Made by a program: the position numbers and the translations under genes. The notes below the pieces were generated by a model. The model ran no database searches and was not told the origin of the DNA. It was given only the letters and a program-made list of their open reading frames with translations. A stretch of 39,852 nt of DNA, taken from positions 1 through 39,852 of the IMG/VR virus record IMGVR_UViG_3300029442_000012. One strand, 5' to 3'. Positions 1 through 10,700 of the stretch are shown in pieces; within the stretch, counting starts at the first letter, position 1, and the number at the start of each line of letters is the position of its first letter. The DNA comes from a virus. Its lineage: Duplodnaviria; Caudoviricetes.

Positions 1-26
1 GTGGCGTATGCTACACCATGCCGCTC

Positions 27-554
27 TTATCGCACTGAGAGCTTTGCGGCCATAGCGTCAGCTCCTTTAGAACTGCCGTAGAAATAGCTCACCATGGTTC
101 CCCAACCGGCCCCGAGTGCTCCGAGCATGATGTTGAGGATGTCGCGACTGCCTACAGGCGGTTCGTGGCTCACAAGCCAGCCTAAAAGACCGAAGAACCC
201 TACAGTGAGGACGATAGCCAGCACGCCGGGAACCCAGTCTTTCACGGCGATTTCCCGCTGGCGCGCGGAGTCCCGATCCTTCTGCGCCAAGGTCTCCAGG
301 TCGATACCGGCCTTCTGGAGAGCCTCGGCGTGCCGGTTGTCCTCGGCCTTGAGCGCCAGGATTTGCTCCGGCGTGGCGTTGGCGCAGGCGGCCAGGGCTT
401 TGTTGGCGTCGCCGGTCGGAGTGATGCCGAGCACGGATTCGATCGCGGTGACGGCCGTGCCGGCGAGCGGGCCGCCGATCATGGTGGCGAGAGTCGGGGC
501 GTACTGGGCGAGGCTGTTGAGCCCAGCCTCGGCGATGTCGGAGAAGATACTCAT
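27..554 (-). CDS. Holin-like membrane protein (GTA/3TM-holin-like)
   Basis: N-terminal 'APTLATMIGGPLAG', a 'DRDSARQRE' motif, two C-terminal TM helices ending 'YFYGSS'; lies downstream of the endolysin. Confidence 0.7.
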   Translation of the reverse strand: MSIFSDIAEAGLNSLAQYAPTLATMIGGPLAGTAVTAIESVLGITPTGDANKALAACANATPEQILALKAEDNRHAEALQKAGIDLETLAQKDRDSARQREIAVKDWVPGVLAIVLTVGFFGLLGWLVSHEPPVGSRDILNIMLGALGAGWGTMVSYFYGSSKGADAMAAKLSVR

Positions 555-555
555 G

Positions 556-702
556 TCAGGTATCCTTGTGCGCCAGCCTGCGCCGGCAGAGGGTGGTGTA
601 GCAATACCCCGGCGACTGGCACCGCACCGTCCGAGCCGGGCAGGCTGCGGCTTCGGCGACTTCGGCGGCAGAGATGACCGGGGGCGGAAACTTCGGCTTC
701 AT
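556..702 (-). CDS. Small 48-aa Cys-rich protein (not in ORF track)
   Basis: ATG overlaps the endolysin stop (ATGA). Translates as MKPKFPPPVISAAEVAEAAACPARTVRCQSPGYCYTTLCRRRLAHKDT. Its stop is 1 nt before the holin ATG, so it fills the gap exactly. Confidence 0.5.
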   Translation of the reverse strand: MKPKFPPPVISAAEVAEAAACPARTVRCQSPGYCYTTLCRRRLAHKDT

Positions 703-1484
703 AGCCCCAACGACCGCAGCGTATCGGCGTCAGCCATGCCGTGCTTTGAGAACCCCTGACGGCTCTGCCAAATGAGAAGCGCAATCAGAGTGCCGGTGCC
801 GAACTCACCATCAGCATTGACCCGCAGCGCCCGCTGCATCGCCCGCACCCTGTCGCCAGAGTCCCCGAGCAGGAGCGTGGATTGGTCGGTCAGATGAGCG
901 CCCATCAACCCGCGCTCGAACAGGTGGCCCTCGTAATACCGGCGGCCGGCGAGATTCGATGCTGTCGGAACGCCGTTTTTCCAAAGCCGCGCCATCAACG
1001 CGAACTCAAGCGGCACCATGTCGTAGACGGCGGCGTCGATGTGGTCGCGGATGGCTGCCATTTCCTGGCGCTTAGGGCCGTCGAGCGATGCTCCGCGATT
1101 GTAGACCAGCGACACCAACGCGCCCTGGCTCATGGCCGGGAGATGTTCGGCGCCGGGGAATGTATGGAGCGTCAGCACGAGATAGGCCGGCAACGCGGCG
1201 CCGATCAGCACCGCTTCGGACGCGGCCGGCGGAATCTCAATGTCCCGGAGCTTGGGCAACAGCGCCATCGCCGCCGGTCCCCGAACGCCGCGCGCCTCTT
1301 GCAGACGAGCGAAAGCGTAGGGGTCGAGGTGGTCGTGCCAATCGTCCAGGCCGTCAGGGTCAGCGCCGATGTCCGAGCCGTAACCGATAGTGATTCCGCT
1401 GGCGCCGCCCGGCCACTCGGGATGCGTCGGGCGGCCCTCGAACTGCTTGATCAGCGCGAGGGCGGCAGGGTCGATGGTGGTCAT
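699..1484 (-). CDS. Endolysin: lysozyme/pesticin-like muramidase plus C-terminal peptidoglycan-binding domain
   Basis: 'LIKQFEG...WPGGASGITIGYGSDIG', 'ALVSLVYNRG', and PG-binding 'LLLGDSGDRVRAMQRAL...DGEFGTGT'. Start moved to ATG 1484 (ATGA overlap with the upstream gene). Confidence 0.85.
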   Translation of the reverse strand: MTTIDPAALALIKQFEGRPTHPEWPGGASGITIGYGSDIGADPDGLDDWHDHLDPYAFARLQEARGVRGPAAMALLPKLRDIEIPPAASEAVLIGAALPAYLVLTLHTFPGAEHLPAMSQGALVSLVYNRGASLDGPKRQEMAAIRDHIDAAVYDMVPLEFALMARLWKNGVPTASNLAGRRYYEGHLFERGLMGAHLTDQSTLLLGDSGDRVRAMQRALRVNADGEFGTGTLIALLIWQSRQGFSKHGMADADTLRSLGL

Positions 1485-2041
1485 GATGGCCACACGATCT
1501 TGGGCAGTGAAGCGATGAGAGCGCCCTGGGTCATCATCGGAACGGTCCCGGCGAGGACTTGGGCCTGAGTAGCGAAGAACGCCGACCAAACAGCATCGCG
1601 CCAAGTGATTGCCGCATGAGCATCAGCCGCCCAGGCCGCATTCGCGCTGTTGGCATAGCTGCACACGGCTTCGATAGACTTGTAGCCACGTTCCTGCGAT
1701 ATCTGATCAATCCAGGCATCAACCTCAACGCCTAAACGCTTAACATCCCTCTGGATCAGAAAGAGCGGCTTTGGCACCACCCCCTGAGTTGTGACGACTA
1801 CTTTACGTTCCATATCGGCGACAGGCGGCCAAACATCTGCCGCAATGTGCATCGGGTCCGGACACGCGGAAACCCGAGATTCCTCCCAAAATCCGACCCC
1901 GGAAAGGTCCGACCGATCTGGGAACGCCGGTCCAAGGTCTTGAAGCACAGCATAAGACAAGCCGGAAAACTCTTCCGGGGGCTGGACGAGCTGAGCGGAT
2001 AATATCTCACCCGTCAGTGTGTTCACTTTATAGCACGACAT
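1481..2041 (-). CDS. Tail fibre assembly/chaperone-like protein
   Basis: C-terminal 'QERGYKSIEAVCSYANS...AAITWRDAVW...LIASLPKIVWP' pattern typical of fibre-associated proteins; follows the Gly-rich gene. Confidence 0.65.
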   Translation of the reverse strand: MSCYKVNTLTGEILSAQLVQPPEEFSGLSYAVLQDLGPAFPDRSDLSGVGFWEESRVSACPDPMHIAADVWPPVADMERKVVVTTQGVVPKPLFLIQRDVKRLGVEVDAWIDQISQERGYKSIEAVCSYANSANAAWAADAHAAITWRDAVWSAFFATQAQVLAGTVPMMTQGALIASLPKIVWPS

Positions 2042-2051
2042 ATTTCTACCC

Positions 2052-2996
2052 TCACCCGAAAGTGATTAGCAGCGAGCCGTTGGCTCCAGCGGCACCACTA
2101 AGCTGTGATGTTCCGTGGACCCCAGCAGCGCCTCCTACGCCACCGGAACCTTGAGACATCGTATATGACGTAACCGCACCGCTCACATAATCAGAACCAC
2201 CTGCGCCGCTGCTGCCGTAGTCATAGTTGCCATACCCAGTCTCAGAACCCGCGCCACCTCCGAAATATCCCGCGCCCCCGCCACCGCCGCAAGTAGCACC
2301 ATGGACAATGGAATTATTGGCCGCGCCTCCGCCGCCCCCGACCGTCGTTGCATTTGCCGGAGACGGTTGGGGACTGGGACTGATATTTCCGCCTGTCAGT
2401 GCGGACCCAGAGATTCCGTTGTAACCACCAGACACGTTGTTTCCGGCTATCGAGCCACTCCCACCACCTACTTGAGTCCCACCCGTGGCGGGAGAACCAC
2501 CATAAGGTGGGGTTGACCCAGAGGCTCCCGTCAGGCCTCCCCCCGCGCCACCAGGGGATGTCTCAGACGCCCCCCAGGACGCGCCAGGGCCCCCGCCGCC
2601 GCCTGCCGCGATGGCAACAAGCGTTCCGTTGATGGACAAGCTACAATATCCGCCACCGCCGCCACCGCCGCCCGCATCTTCGCCTTCAGCTCCGCGCGTA
2701 TCGTACGCGCCACCGCGGCCACCAGTTGGGACGTTATACGAGATACCGGCCCCGCCGGAGACCGGAAGCACAACTGTTACCTTGCTCCCTGCGCCACCAG
2801 CACCGCCGTCATAACCCGCAGCATCGGCTCCGCCTCCGCCTCCGCCCGCGCCCTGCAATATGCACGTCATTCGAGTGGCGCCTGCGGGTGCGGTAATGGA
2901 CCCCGCTCCAGCATTGGCTGGGGAGACAGTGCCTGTGAATGGAGCAGTCTTCGACGTAGCGCCGAGTGCTACGCCAAGGGGTCCACCGAGGGCCAT
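2052..2996 (-). CDS. Glycine-rich tail/adhesin-like protein
   Basis: Many GGGGG runs ('GAGGGGGG','AAGGGGG','GGGGGAGYFGGGAG'). Start at ATG 2996 overlaps the upstream TAA. Confidence 0.65.
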   Translation of the reverse strand: MALGGPLGVALGATSKTAPFTGTVSPANAGAGSITAPAGATRMTCILQGAGGGGGGADAAGYDGGAGGAGSKVTVVLPVSGGAGISYNVPTGGRGGAYDTRGAEGEDAGGGGGGGGYCSLSINGTLVAIAAGGGGGPGASWGASETSPGGAGGGLTGASGSTPPYGGSPATGGTQVGGGSGSIAGNNVSGGYNGISGSALTGGNISPSPQPSPANATTVGGGGGAANNSIVHGATCGGGGGAGYFGGGAGSETGYGNYDYGSSGAGGSDYVSGAVTSYTMSQGSGGVGGAAGVHGTSQLSGAAGANGSLLITFG

Positions 2997-3442
2997 TACA
3001 AGTCCCTCCGCTGCGCGACAACGGCGACGCCCGGCGCAGTCTGAGTGGCCCCGATCTGCACCCATAACTGACCATTGGCGGGAAGCCGGAGCGGAGATGA
3101 TTCAGATATCTGCGTACCATCGGCATTCAGAAAAGCTGCTGTCTGTAACGTGCCCGCGGTCGTGGTCGCAAACGCCGACAACGTCGTGCTTGCAATCGGA
3201 CCAGCACATGCAGTTCCGTCCGGAGAATACAGCAACGTCACCTGAGTAGCGGAAGTTCCAACCATCGGAAATGCACCCAGATGTGTATACTCAGAGCCAT
3301 TCGCTCCGGCCGTGCTCAGCTTTGAGCACCCCGTCAGCGTGTTGTACGTCAGCTTACCGGTGGCGCAGGTCGTGATGTCGAGCGTTCCGATAGTTTTCGG
3401 AAATGTCGCCCGATAGCTGTTTGTATCCATTGTGGTTGTCAT
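2996..3442 (-). CDS. Tail fibre-associated hypothetical protein
   Basis: GAAGGAG RBS before ATG 3442; Thr/Ala-rich beta-type sequence within the fibre module. Confidence 0.6.
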   Translation of the reverse strand: MTTTMDTNSYRATFPKTIGTLDITTCATGKLTYNTLTGCSKLSTAGANGSEYTHLGAFPMVGTSATQVTLLYSPDGTACAGPIASTTLSAFATTTAGTLQTAAFLNADGTQISESSPLRLPANGQLWVQIGATQTAPGVAVVAQRRDL

Positions 3443-3461
3443 TTCGTTTTCTCCTTCAGAA

Positions 3462-4718
3462 CTAGAATGCGTAAAGCCAGCTTTGGTCAAAGTCAGACGA
3501 TCCAGAGCCGCCAGCTAGTTGCCAGTTGGTACCGTCGAAGTCGAAGCTGAGGGTGGTGTTGGCCGGGAGAGCGCCCAAGGCCAGAGTCGTGCTGCCGTTG
3601 ATCGAGATCGACTTGACGCCGGAAGTGTCCACCGAGAGCGTCGCGGACGTGGCGCTGCTGGCGGAACCTCCCGTCGTCACGGTGACGTGATAGCCCCTGA
3701 GCGCCGTCGAGATCGCGCCCTGGGTGCTGACGGTCAAAGCGTTGGCTGTTCCGCCGGCGGCGCCGCCCTGGAGGATGGTGTTGGCGCCCGATGCGCCTGT
3801 CGTGCCTTGGCTCCCTGAGGGACTGATCGTCCAGGCGCTGTAAGTCCCGGACCCACCGACGTCCGTGACATTGACGATCAGGGTCGTGCCGCTGTAACTC
3901 GTCACCTGCCCGTGCATATAGTTCGCGGGCGTGGTCGTGTAGGCGGCGGTGATGAACTCGCCCGTGATGAACTGCTTTCCAGCCGAGACGGTGAAAGTAT
4001 TCGAGCCGGTTCCGATGGTGAGGCTGGTGCTGCTGGTGTCGCTTAGGGCGACGACAGACGCCGCTGCCGCAGTGGCCGAGGCCGCCGCCAAATTCGCGTT
4101 GTACTTGGCGCTGTAGTTCGTGCCGTCAACCGTTCCGCCGATATACATCGCCCAGTCTTGAGCCGACCCATAGCCAGCCGAACCTCGCTTGTAAGTCCCC
4201 GTGGCCCACTCCTGCGCTGAGAGGGATGTGCCGGTGACGTAGGCCCCGGTAAGCGTCGCCCAGCTCTTGGAAGACCCGGCCGCAACCGTCATCCCGATGG
4301 CATATTCTTTCGCAGAATATTCCGCGTTGTCGGCGGTCGCCGCCAACAGGGTCGCCCAGTCCTTAGCAGAGCCAAAACCGGCCGCGCCGCGCTTATACGT
4401 GCCGGCGGCCCATTCCTGGGCGCTTAGGCTGGTGCCGGTGACATAAGCCCCGGTGAGGGTGGCCCAGCTCTTGGACGATAACGCCGTTGTTCCCTGCGCC
4501 CATTCCTTGGCTGAATAGTCCGTCGAGGCGACCAGCGATCCGGTCAGAGACGCCCAGTTTTGCGCCAGGGTCGAAGACGTCCCGAGGTCAGCCTTACCGT
4601 CCACCCACATCTTTTGCCAGAGCGGGTAGACATCACCAAATGCCCCAGGGGTTAAATACCCGAACCCCGACAGAATATTGTCAGGATAGGGGTTTCCGTT
4701 GAGCGTAACTGTAGACAT
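3462..4718 (-). CDS. Tail fibre protein with internal repeats
   Basis: Repeated SA(K/Q)(E/D)WA motifs, a 68-aa internal duplication, then a 'TSSTSLTIGTGS...YMHGQVTSYSGTTL' domain. Confidence 0.7.
   Translation of the reverse strand: MSTVTLNGNPYPDNILSGFGYLTPGAFGDVYPLWQKMWVDGKADLGTSSTLAQNWASLTGSLVASTDYSAKEWAQGTTALSSKSWATLTGAYVTGTSLSAQEWAAGTYKRGAAGFGSAKDWATLLAATADNAEYSAKEYAIGMTVAAGSSKSWATLTGAYVTGTSLSAQEWATGTYKRGSAGYGSAQDWAMYIGGTVDGTNYSAKYNANLAAASATAAAASVVALSDTSSTSLTIGTGSNTFTVSAGKQFITGEFITAAYTTTPANYMHGQVTSYSGTTLIVNVTDVGGSGTYSAWTISPSGSQGTTGASGANTILQGGAAGGTANALTVSTQGAISTALRGYHVTVTTGGSASSATSATLSVDTSGVKSISINGSTTLALGALPANTTLSFDFDGTNWQLAGGSGSSDFDQSWLYAF
4160..4475 (-). repeat. Intragenic tandem duplication (204-nt period) in the fibre gene
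   Basis: gcccagctcttgga at 4258 and 4462; the peptide SSKSWATLTGAYVTGTSLSAQEWAxGTYKRG occurs twice. Confidence 0.8.
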
Positions 4719-4773
4719 ATCAGTCCCCTAGCAAGAGGCCAATCGAGGCATTTCAGACGATGCGTTCGAGTTC

Positions 4774-5661
4774 TTAGGCGACGACTTCGATCAGGTCGTA
4801 AGCGACGCCCGAGTATCCGTAGTAAGCCATCGTGATTGGGTTCAACTTGCTCAGGTTCGCAAGGAACGACACGCGATGGAGGTTGGTTATGTCTTTCGGG
4901 TTGGCCGAGAAGAATACCTGACCAGACAAGCCGAGCGCGAATTGCTGATCGAAGACCGAAGACAGAGCTTCCTGGTTTGGGAGGGTCTGGATAGCCAGAT
5001 GGAATTCACGGTATTTCGGCCGAGCATCGAAAGCTCTGTATCCACCAATCGTCTTCGTCACGACGGACGGGTCAACCGGGACAAGCTGAGCCCCATAGCT
5101 CATATTGTAGAACGGCTGATAACCTGGGGAAACGAACAGGCGAGACAGTTCGATGTAACCATACGGGTTGCTCTGGTCGGTTATCAGCACCTGGACATAT
5201 CGCCCCAGTACCGCAGTGGTGAATAGAGCGACCACAGGAACCTTAAAGTTGTTGAACTCTTCCGGGGTATACTGCCCATTATACCAATGCTGGTCTTCGA
5301 ACGGCACCGTTCCAAATGGGAATACCACTGGAGAAAGAACGCCAGAGTATGTACCTGCGAGGACGGTGAGAGCGGCGTCTTTGAAGACGCTGATCGTGTA
5401 GGACGCGCTCTGGCTCAGGTTATGCGGAGCCGGGATGACGACGGCCATGATCGATCGCGTCACCCCGAGGTCGCAGACAAACGAGGTGTCCGACGGAACG
5501 CAACTCGCCGACCGCGCCTTGTAAGCCAGCATCGGGTTTTGCAGGTTGGTCAGAGGCAAAGTATCCGACCACAATCCCCCTGAGAACGTAGGCGCGTAGA
5601 GCCCATTCACGTCCACGTAATTCTGGGTGCAGAGCAAGCAGTTCGAGGCGGATGCGGTCAT
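4774..5661 (-). CDS. Tail tip/distal tail-like protein
   Basis: Position; 'HNLSQSA', 'RYVQVLITDQSNPYGYIELSRLF', 'NMSYG' pattern of siphophage tail-tip proteins. Confidence 0.6.
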   Translation of the reverse strand: MTASASNCLLCTQNYVDVNGLYAPTFSGGLWSDTLPLTNLQNPMLAYKARSASCVPSDTSFVCDLGVTRSIMAVVIPAPHNLSQSASYTISVFKDAALTVLAGTYSGVLSPVVFPFGTVPFEDQHWYNGQYTPEEFNNFKVPVVALFTTAVLGRYVQVLITDQSNPYGYIELSRLFVSPGYQPFYNMSYGAQLVPVDPSVVTKTIGGYRAFDARPKYREFHLAIQTLPNQEALSSVFDQQFALGLSGQVFFSANPKDITNLHRVSFLANLSKLNPITMAYYGYSGVAYDLIEVVA

Positions 5662-5667
5662 GATCGT

Positions 5668-6069
5668 TTACCGCGCCGCGACGTTGACGATCAGAGTGGT
5701 GCCGGCGCCGTAAGTGCCAACCGACGTGATCTTGACCCGGTAGCGCTCGCCGAGGACGCCCTGCTGAACCGTGTTGTTCGCGATGCTGCCGTCCGTGATC
5801 GCGGTCGGCGTCGTAACGGCGGTCAGGCCGCTCACGTTGACGATGTTCGTCGCCGACGCAGTGGTGAAGTGGAAGTTGGCGATGTCGATCCAGGTCGTGC
5901 CGCCGTCGATGCTGGTCTGGACGTAGGCATCGACCGTTGTTGCGGCTGATGCGACGTAGGTAAAGGCCGCCTCGATGGTGAGGGCGGTGACCTTACCGAA
6001 GCCTGTCTGGGCGGTTTGGATAGAGCCGGTGACCGCTGTCGTGATCGCGGTGCTGCAAAGTAAAGTCAT
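5668..6069 (-). CDS. Virion structural protein (beta-sandwich)
   Basis: 'VQTSIDGGTTWIDIANF...RYRVK' motif; ATGA overlap with the upstream gene. Confidence 0.6.
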   Translation of the reverse strand: MTLLCSTAITTAVTGSIQTAQTGFGKVTALTIEAAFTYVASAATTVDAYVQTSIDGGTTWIDIANFHFTTASATNIVNVSGLTAVTTPTAITDGSIANNTVQQGVLGERYRVKITSVGTYGAGTTLIVNVAAR

Positions 6070-7712
6070 AGTAGCCCCCATCCGATGATTGTGGTTGTCG
6101 CCGGGGTTTGGTAGTCCCCGTAATTTTCTATAAGACCGATGCAGAGGAAGTTGCGCCCCGCATCCCAGCCAAACCTTGCCAGCGCGAGAGTGAACGCGCT
6201 TCCCAAGTCTAGTGAAGCCGCGAAATTGCTCGGCACCTGCACACTAACGACTACCCGCTGCACCTTACGGAGCGCGAGTTGGCGGTTTGCTTCCGTCTGC
6301 GCGTCGGCTTGAAACCGGAGAAGAGTGGTTAGGTCAAACTCAGGTGCCTTTAAGTGAGCTGCAAGAACGGACGTGTCGCTCGCCATGACCGTTCGGAATT
6401 GAACCTTAGTGAATGCAACATCTGTTGCGCTATCTGACGGAAGGTCTGTCTCGGTCATGATCGTGTAATTCTGACCGTAGTCGAGCATTACCTGCCAAGG
6501 CGGGATTCCTGCGACGGTTCCTTGCGCGCTGTAGATCGGGTTGCTGGCGTAAATCCCGAACCCTGTCGATCCCACCCGGAGACCAATGCCGGAATCGTTC
6601 GGTGCCGAGAGGGTCAGGTTGACTATCTGCCACTCAGAAAGCGTCAATGCGCTCGGCAGCGTGTCGGGGTCTTCAAGCCGGCCAAGGTTCAAGCCAGTCA
6701 CGCGCTTGTCGGCGAGGTAGCATCCCCCGCTTGCCAGGATCACATCAAGGGTGGCCCCGAGAGTGGTATCGCTGATCGTCCAGCCCCCGACTTCCGCCAA
6801 GAATTTACCATCCAGCGTCGTGATCCCGTCGATAGCTGGGATCGCGTACCCTGGGTATTTACTGGCGACGCGCGTGATCAGTCGGCTGGTGGTCTGCGCG
6901 ATGGTGCGATCAGACGATGCGCCCTCGGCGACATCGCAGGTGATGCGGCCAACAATCCCGACGCAGAGCTTGAAGTACCAACCCTCTGGGCCAGCGTACC
7001 AATCGTATGTGCTGCTGGTCGGTGTGTTGCTCTGTAGCAGCGCCAGGGTGGCGCGCTGGGTGCCGGGCGTGACGACGTTGCGGCTGCTGTAAACCGTAAG
7101 CGTCATCGGCAGCTTGGCGCCGCCGTCGTCCACCTGATAGACGAGTTGCACCGCATTGGCGAGCGGAGGACTGATGTTCTGGACTTTGCCGACCAGCATC
7201 GGCTTGATCGTTCCGATGAGGTCGGTTGCGAGCCCTTCTAGGCCGGTGCCCCCCGAGTTCGTGCCCAGGTACTTCGTCTGTTGGAGAGGCAAATCCCAGA
7301 GAAACGACGTCTGGTCATTGAGGATGTAATCGATGTAGTCCCACCCCGGCTGGATCGCCTTGGTGATCCCGGTGGCATAGACCGGATATCCCGACAGGCT
7401 ATTGCCATCTCCCATCCGGATCACAAACGGCTGGCCGTCGACCGCGTCATGGACGAGGCTGTCCAGCAGCCAAACGCCGTTCACCTTGGTGTTCGCCACT
7501 CGGATTGCGCCGAACCCGGCTTGGCTGCGGCCGGTGGTGGCGCCTTTGCTCCAGGAGTGCCGTTCGAAGCTGCCGGCGGTGCGGATCAGCGGCAGGTAGA
7601 CGGTGTTCGACGGGCTATCCGTGGGGGCGGTCGTAAACGCCGTGCCGCCGAACCGGCGCACGACGGCGTTTCCGCCGGTATCAATGGCGGACTGCTCGAA
7701 GAGGATGTCCAT
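6066..7712 (-). CDS. Tail tip/baseplate hub-like protein
   Basis: Directly after the tape measure; 'YLGT..GLEG...KPMLVGKVQNISP' and 'DAQTEANRQLAL'. Confidence 0.65.
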   Translation of the reverse strand: MDILFEQSAIDTGGNAVVRRFGGTAFTTAPTDSPSNTVYLPLIRTAGSFERHSWSKGATTGRSQAGFGAIRVANTKVNGVWLLDSLVHDAVDGQPFVIRMGDGNSLSGYPVYATGITKAIQPGWDYIDYILNDQTSFLWDLPLQQTKYLGTNSGGTGLEGLATDLIGTIKPMLVGKVQNISPPLANAVQLVYQVDDGGAKLPMTLTVYSSRNVVTPGTQRATLALLQSNTPTSSTYDWYAGPEGWYFKLCVGIVGRITCDVAEGASSDRTIAQTTSRLITRVASKYPGYAIPAIDGITTLDGKFLAEVGGWTISDTTLGATLDVILASGGCYLADKRVTGLNLGRLEDPDTLPSALTLSEWQIVNLTLSAPNDSGIGLRVGSTGFGIYASNPIYSAQGTVAGIPPWQVMLDYGQNYTIMTETDLPSDSATDVAFTKVQFRTVMASDTSVLAAHLKAPEFDLTTLLRFQADAQTEANRQLALRKVQRVVVSVQVPSNFAASLDLGSAFTLALARFGWDAGRNFLCIGLIENYGDYQTPATTTIIGWGLL

Positions 7713-7714
7713 GA

Positions 7715-10700
7715 TTACGCCGCCACCGCGCGGGGTTGATAAGCCGCATGCTCAGCGGCGGTGGCGAGGCGGTTATTCCCCGCAGACACCGTATCGGCGA
7801 CGTGCATGGCGCCGGCGGCGGTGGCCTGCCTGAGAGCGGCGACCTCGGCCCGCAGTGCCTGGAGTTCCGCCAGGAGGTCCGAGTTATCACCGCCGACTAT
7901 CCGTCGCGTCTGATCGGCGTTCCATATCCGGGCCGGGCCGGTGGCCTCAAGCTCTGGCCCGCGCTCGCCGACGATGCGCAGGCCGCCTCCGAAGTCACCA
8001 CCGGAGGCGAACCCAGAGATTCCGAGAATCGCCTCGTTCGAGCTGAAGTCGGACTTATTGACGCCGGGCTTGCTAGAAGGTCCGTTAAGCAGCAAGTAGT
8101 AAAGGGCTCCGATCTGCGCTCCCGAAGGGACGGAGCCGTACAGGGCGTTTCCGACGGTGGTTAGCAGCGCGCTTTGATAAGCGTTAGGGCTAACCGCCGC
8201 GTTATACGCTTGGTATGCCACGGACTGAGTGCCGAAATCGTACTTAGAGCCAGCGGTCGTTGCATTGTTCGAGCCGCTTATCATGTCGTACAGCAGCCCG
8301 TATTGCTGCGGGTTATCAGACGTACGGAAGGCGTTGATGTTCGCAGCGGCTCCGGAGGTGTTGTACGCTGAGAGGTCAATCTGACTCGCCCAAGCCGGAG
8401 CGCTGGACGACGAACCTGCACCCCCCGAACCGGAACTGCTGGACCCCCCGCTCAGCGCCGAGGTCACCACGCTCGACACACCGGCCGAAATCTGGGCGAC
8501 TGTGTTGACGGCAGCCGTCAAGGCCGGGATCGTCGAGACCGCCGAGCTGAACGTGCCGGCCATCGAGGCGAGCTGAGCCGTCGCCTGGGCGTAGGCGGCG
8601 GTCGCGGTGGCCTCGTACCCCTGGAGCGCGGACACCGAGTCCGTGGACGCCGTGAGCTGCTTCTGGGTGTTGAGCGCAATGGTCTGGAGGGCATTGAGCT
8701 GCGCCATCGCGGCGTCGTACTGGATGCCGTTCTGAGCGTCGATCTGGTCGGCAAGTCCGGCCAGCCCAGTCGTCACCTGATCGAAGACCGTGGTCTGCGT
8801 CCCGCCGTAGACCGTGCTCTCGGCGTTCACCGCCGCTTGGCCGTAGGCCGTGACCTTGCCGAGCGCGTCCAGATTGCCGCCCTGCGCCGCCGTGAGCGTC
8901 GTCTGGAACCGGCTGATCGCGGTGTCATACGCCTGCTGCGGCGTCAGTCGAGAGTCCTGCATCGACGTAACGGCATCGCGCAGGCTGCCAGACTGCTGCA
9001 ACTCGGTCTGGAGGACGCTGATCTGGCTCTGCGCCGAGGAAATCACCGCCTGCAACTGCGCCTTGGCCGCGTCCACTGCGGCAATCGCCGATGCTTGGCT
9101 CACGTCCTGCCCATTCTTGGCCGCGTCCAGGACCGTGTTATAGCCCTGCTGCGCGATCTGCGCCCAAGCCGCATTGACGACCTGACCGAGGTCGGCCATG
9201 CCCTTGGCCGCAAGCGTGGTCTGAACGGTCTGGAGCTTGGCCGCAGCGTCGGCCATCGTCTGGGCGTATTCTTGATCCTGGACCGCCGCCAGCTTCGTGG
9301 TATCCGTCGTGTGGTCGCGCTGGGCCTTGAGCATCTCCTCGGCCTGGGACGCCTTGAGAGAGGCGGCTGTCGTGTCGAGCGATCCGCCAGTCAGCGCGGC
9401 AGCCCGAGATGCCAGAGCGGCGCTGTTCGAGTTGGCGGCGGCGGCTTGGTCCTGGTTGTTGTAGAGGGTGTTCTGGTTGTAGATGGCGGTGAGCTGATCG
9501 GTGCTATAGCCGTACTGCGTCGCCTGGGCCTTCTGAGCCGCGAACTGCTGGTCGAGCTGGTCCTGCTTCTGCTGATACGAGTTCTCGTTGAGGGCCTTGT
9601 ACGAAGTATCGACGCCAGATGCCGCCTGGAGCGCAGCTTGGAGCGTCTTGGTATCCTTCCATCCACCGGCCTGCATGACCTGACCGACGTCACCGCTGCC
9701 GGCCATCATCTTGTTGTTGGCGAGGGCCATCATCAGGGCATCGGTCGAGCCGTAGCCGGGGTTCGAGTTGTCCCCCGAGATCATCAGGGCCGATGCCTGC
9801 TTCGTCATGGTCAGGTTGTACTGAGCCATGAAGGCGTTCAAGCTGTCGGCGGTGCTTTTAGCCAGCGAGGACATGGACCCGCCGTCGCCACCACGTACCG
9901 ATTCGCTGTTCGTGTTGGCGTACCAAGTGTTCGGGTCGAGCTGCGACGAGGACGTGACGCCGATCAACCGGCCGGCGTCGGCGTTCCAGGCGGCGTCTTG
10001 GTTTCCGTTGACCGGGGAGTTCATCCCGTGGGTGGCGCCGCCGGTTTCAATCGAGCCGGTGGCGGCAGGGCCGTGCTCGGAGCCACCGTCGAACAGGCCG
10101 CCGATCATGCCGCCAATCATCGAGCCGGCCATCGAGCCGATAGGCCCGAAATAGGCTCCAGCTATGCCGCCGACCAAGCTTCCGATGCCGGCTCCCGTGT
10201 TGCCTTGGGAGAAGTTCGTGATGCTGTTGATCGCTGCTCCGGCATAGGGGAGATACGAGGACATACCGGCCCCGGCCATTGTCCCTGTCGCGGTTTCCGC
10301 AGCAGTGCTTCCGCCAGCCCCAGACATAAAGCCGCCACCGGCGGATGCGGGAGTCACCATCCCGGCGGTCATATCCGTTGCACCTGTTTCAGAAATCGCC
10401 CCAGTTAGATTCCCCAACACCGCGCTATCGGATGCAGAGTAACTGGCCGCACTCCCACCACCGAAGATTCCCTGTAGCCAACTTCCCGTGTATCCGTTTG
10501 AGAAGAAATTTGATACCTTTTCACCGATGCTTGCCATAGATGCGAGGTTATTTAACTGGCCCATAACTCCAGAACCAGACGATGCTGTTGTCGCGCTGGT
10601 CAACATCCCTGGAGTGCTTCCCCCAACAACTTGAATACCTGGATTATAACCGCCATACGATCCGTTGCTATTTGCTACGTTTGGTGATTGTGAGAAAAAG

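Noticed and set aside
1485-1604. N-terminal extensions in the ORF track (endolysin; likewise 29909..31501, 34372..35310, 14628..15335)
   Set aside because: They overlap upstream genes; downstream starts with an RBS or stop-start overlap fit better.
2052-4718. DGR or invertible tail-fibre system
   Set aside because: No reverse transcriptase or invertase, and no adenine-specific TR/VR pair. The repeat is an in-frame protein duplication.
8837-10408. 523-aa plus-strand ORF (also 15389..16696, 26291..27583, 24364..25413)
   Set aside because: Antisense shadows of high-GC3 structural genes; no RBS or recognisable motifs.
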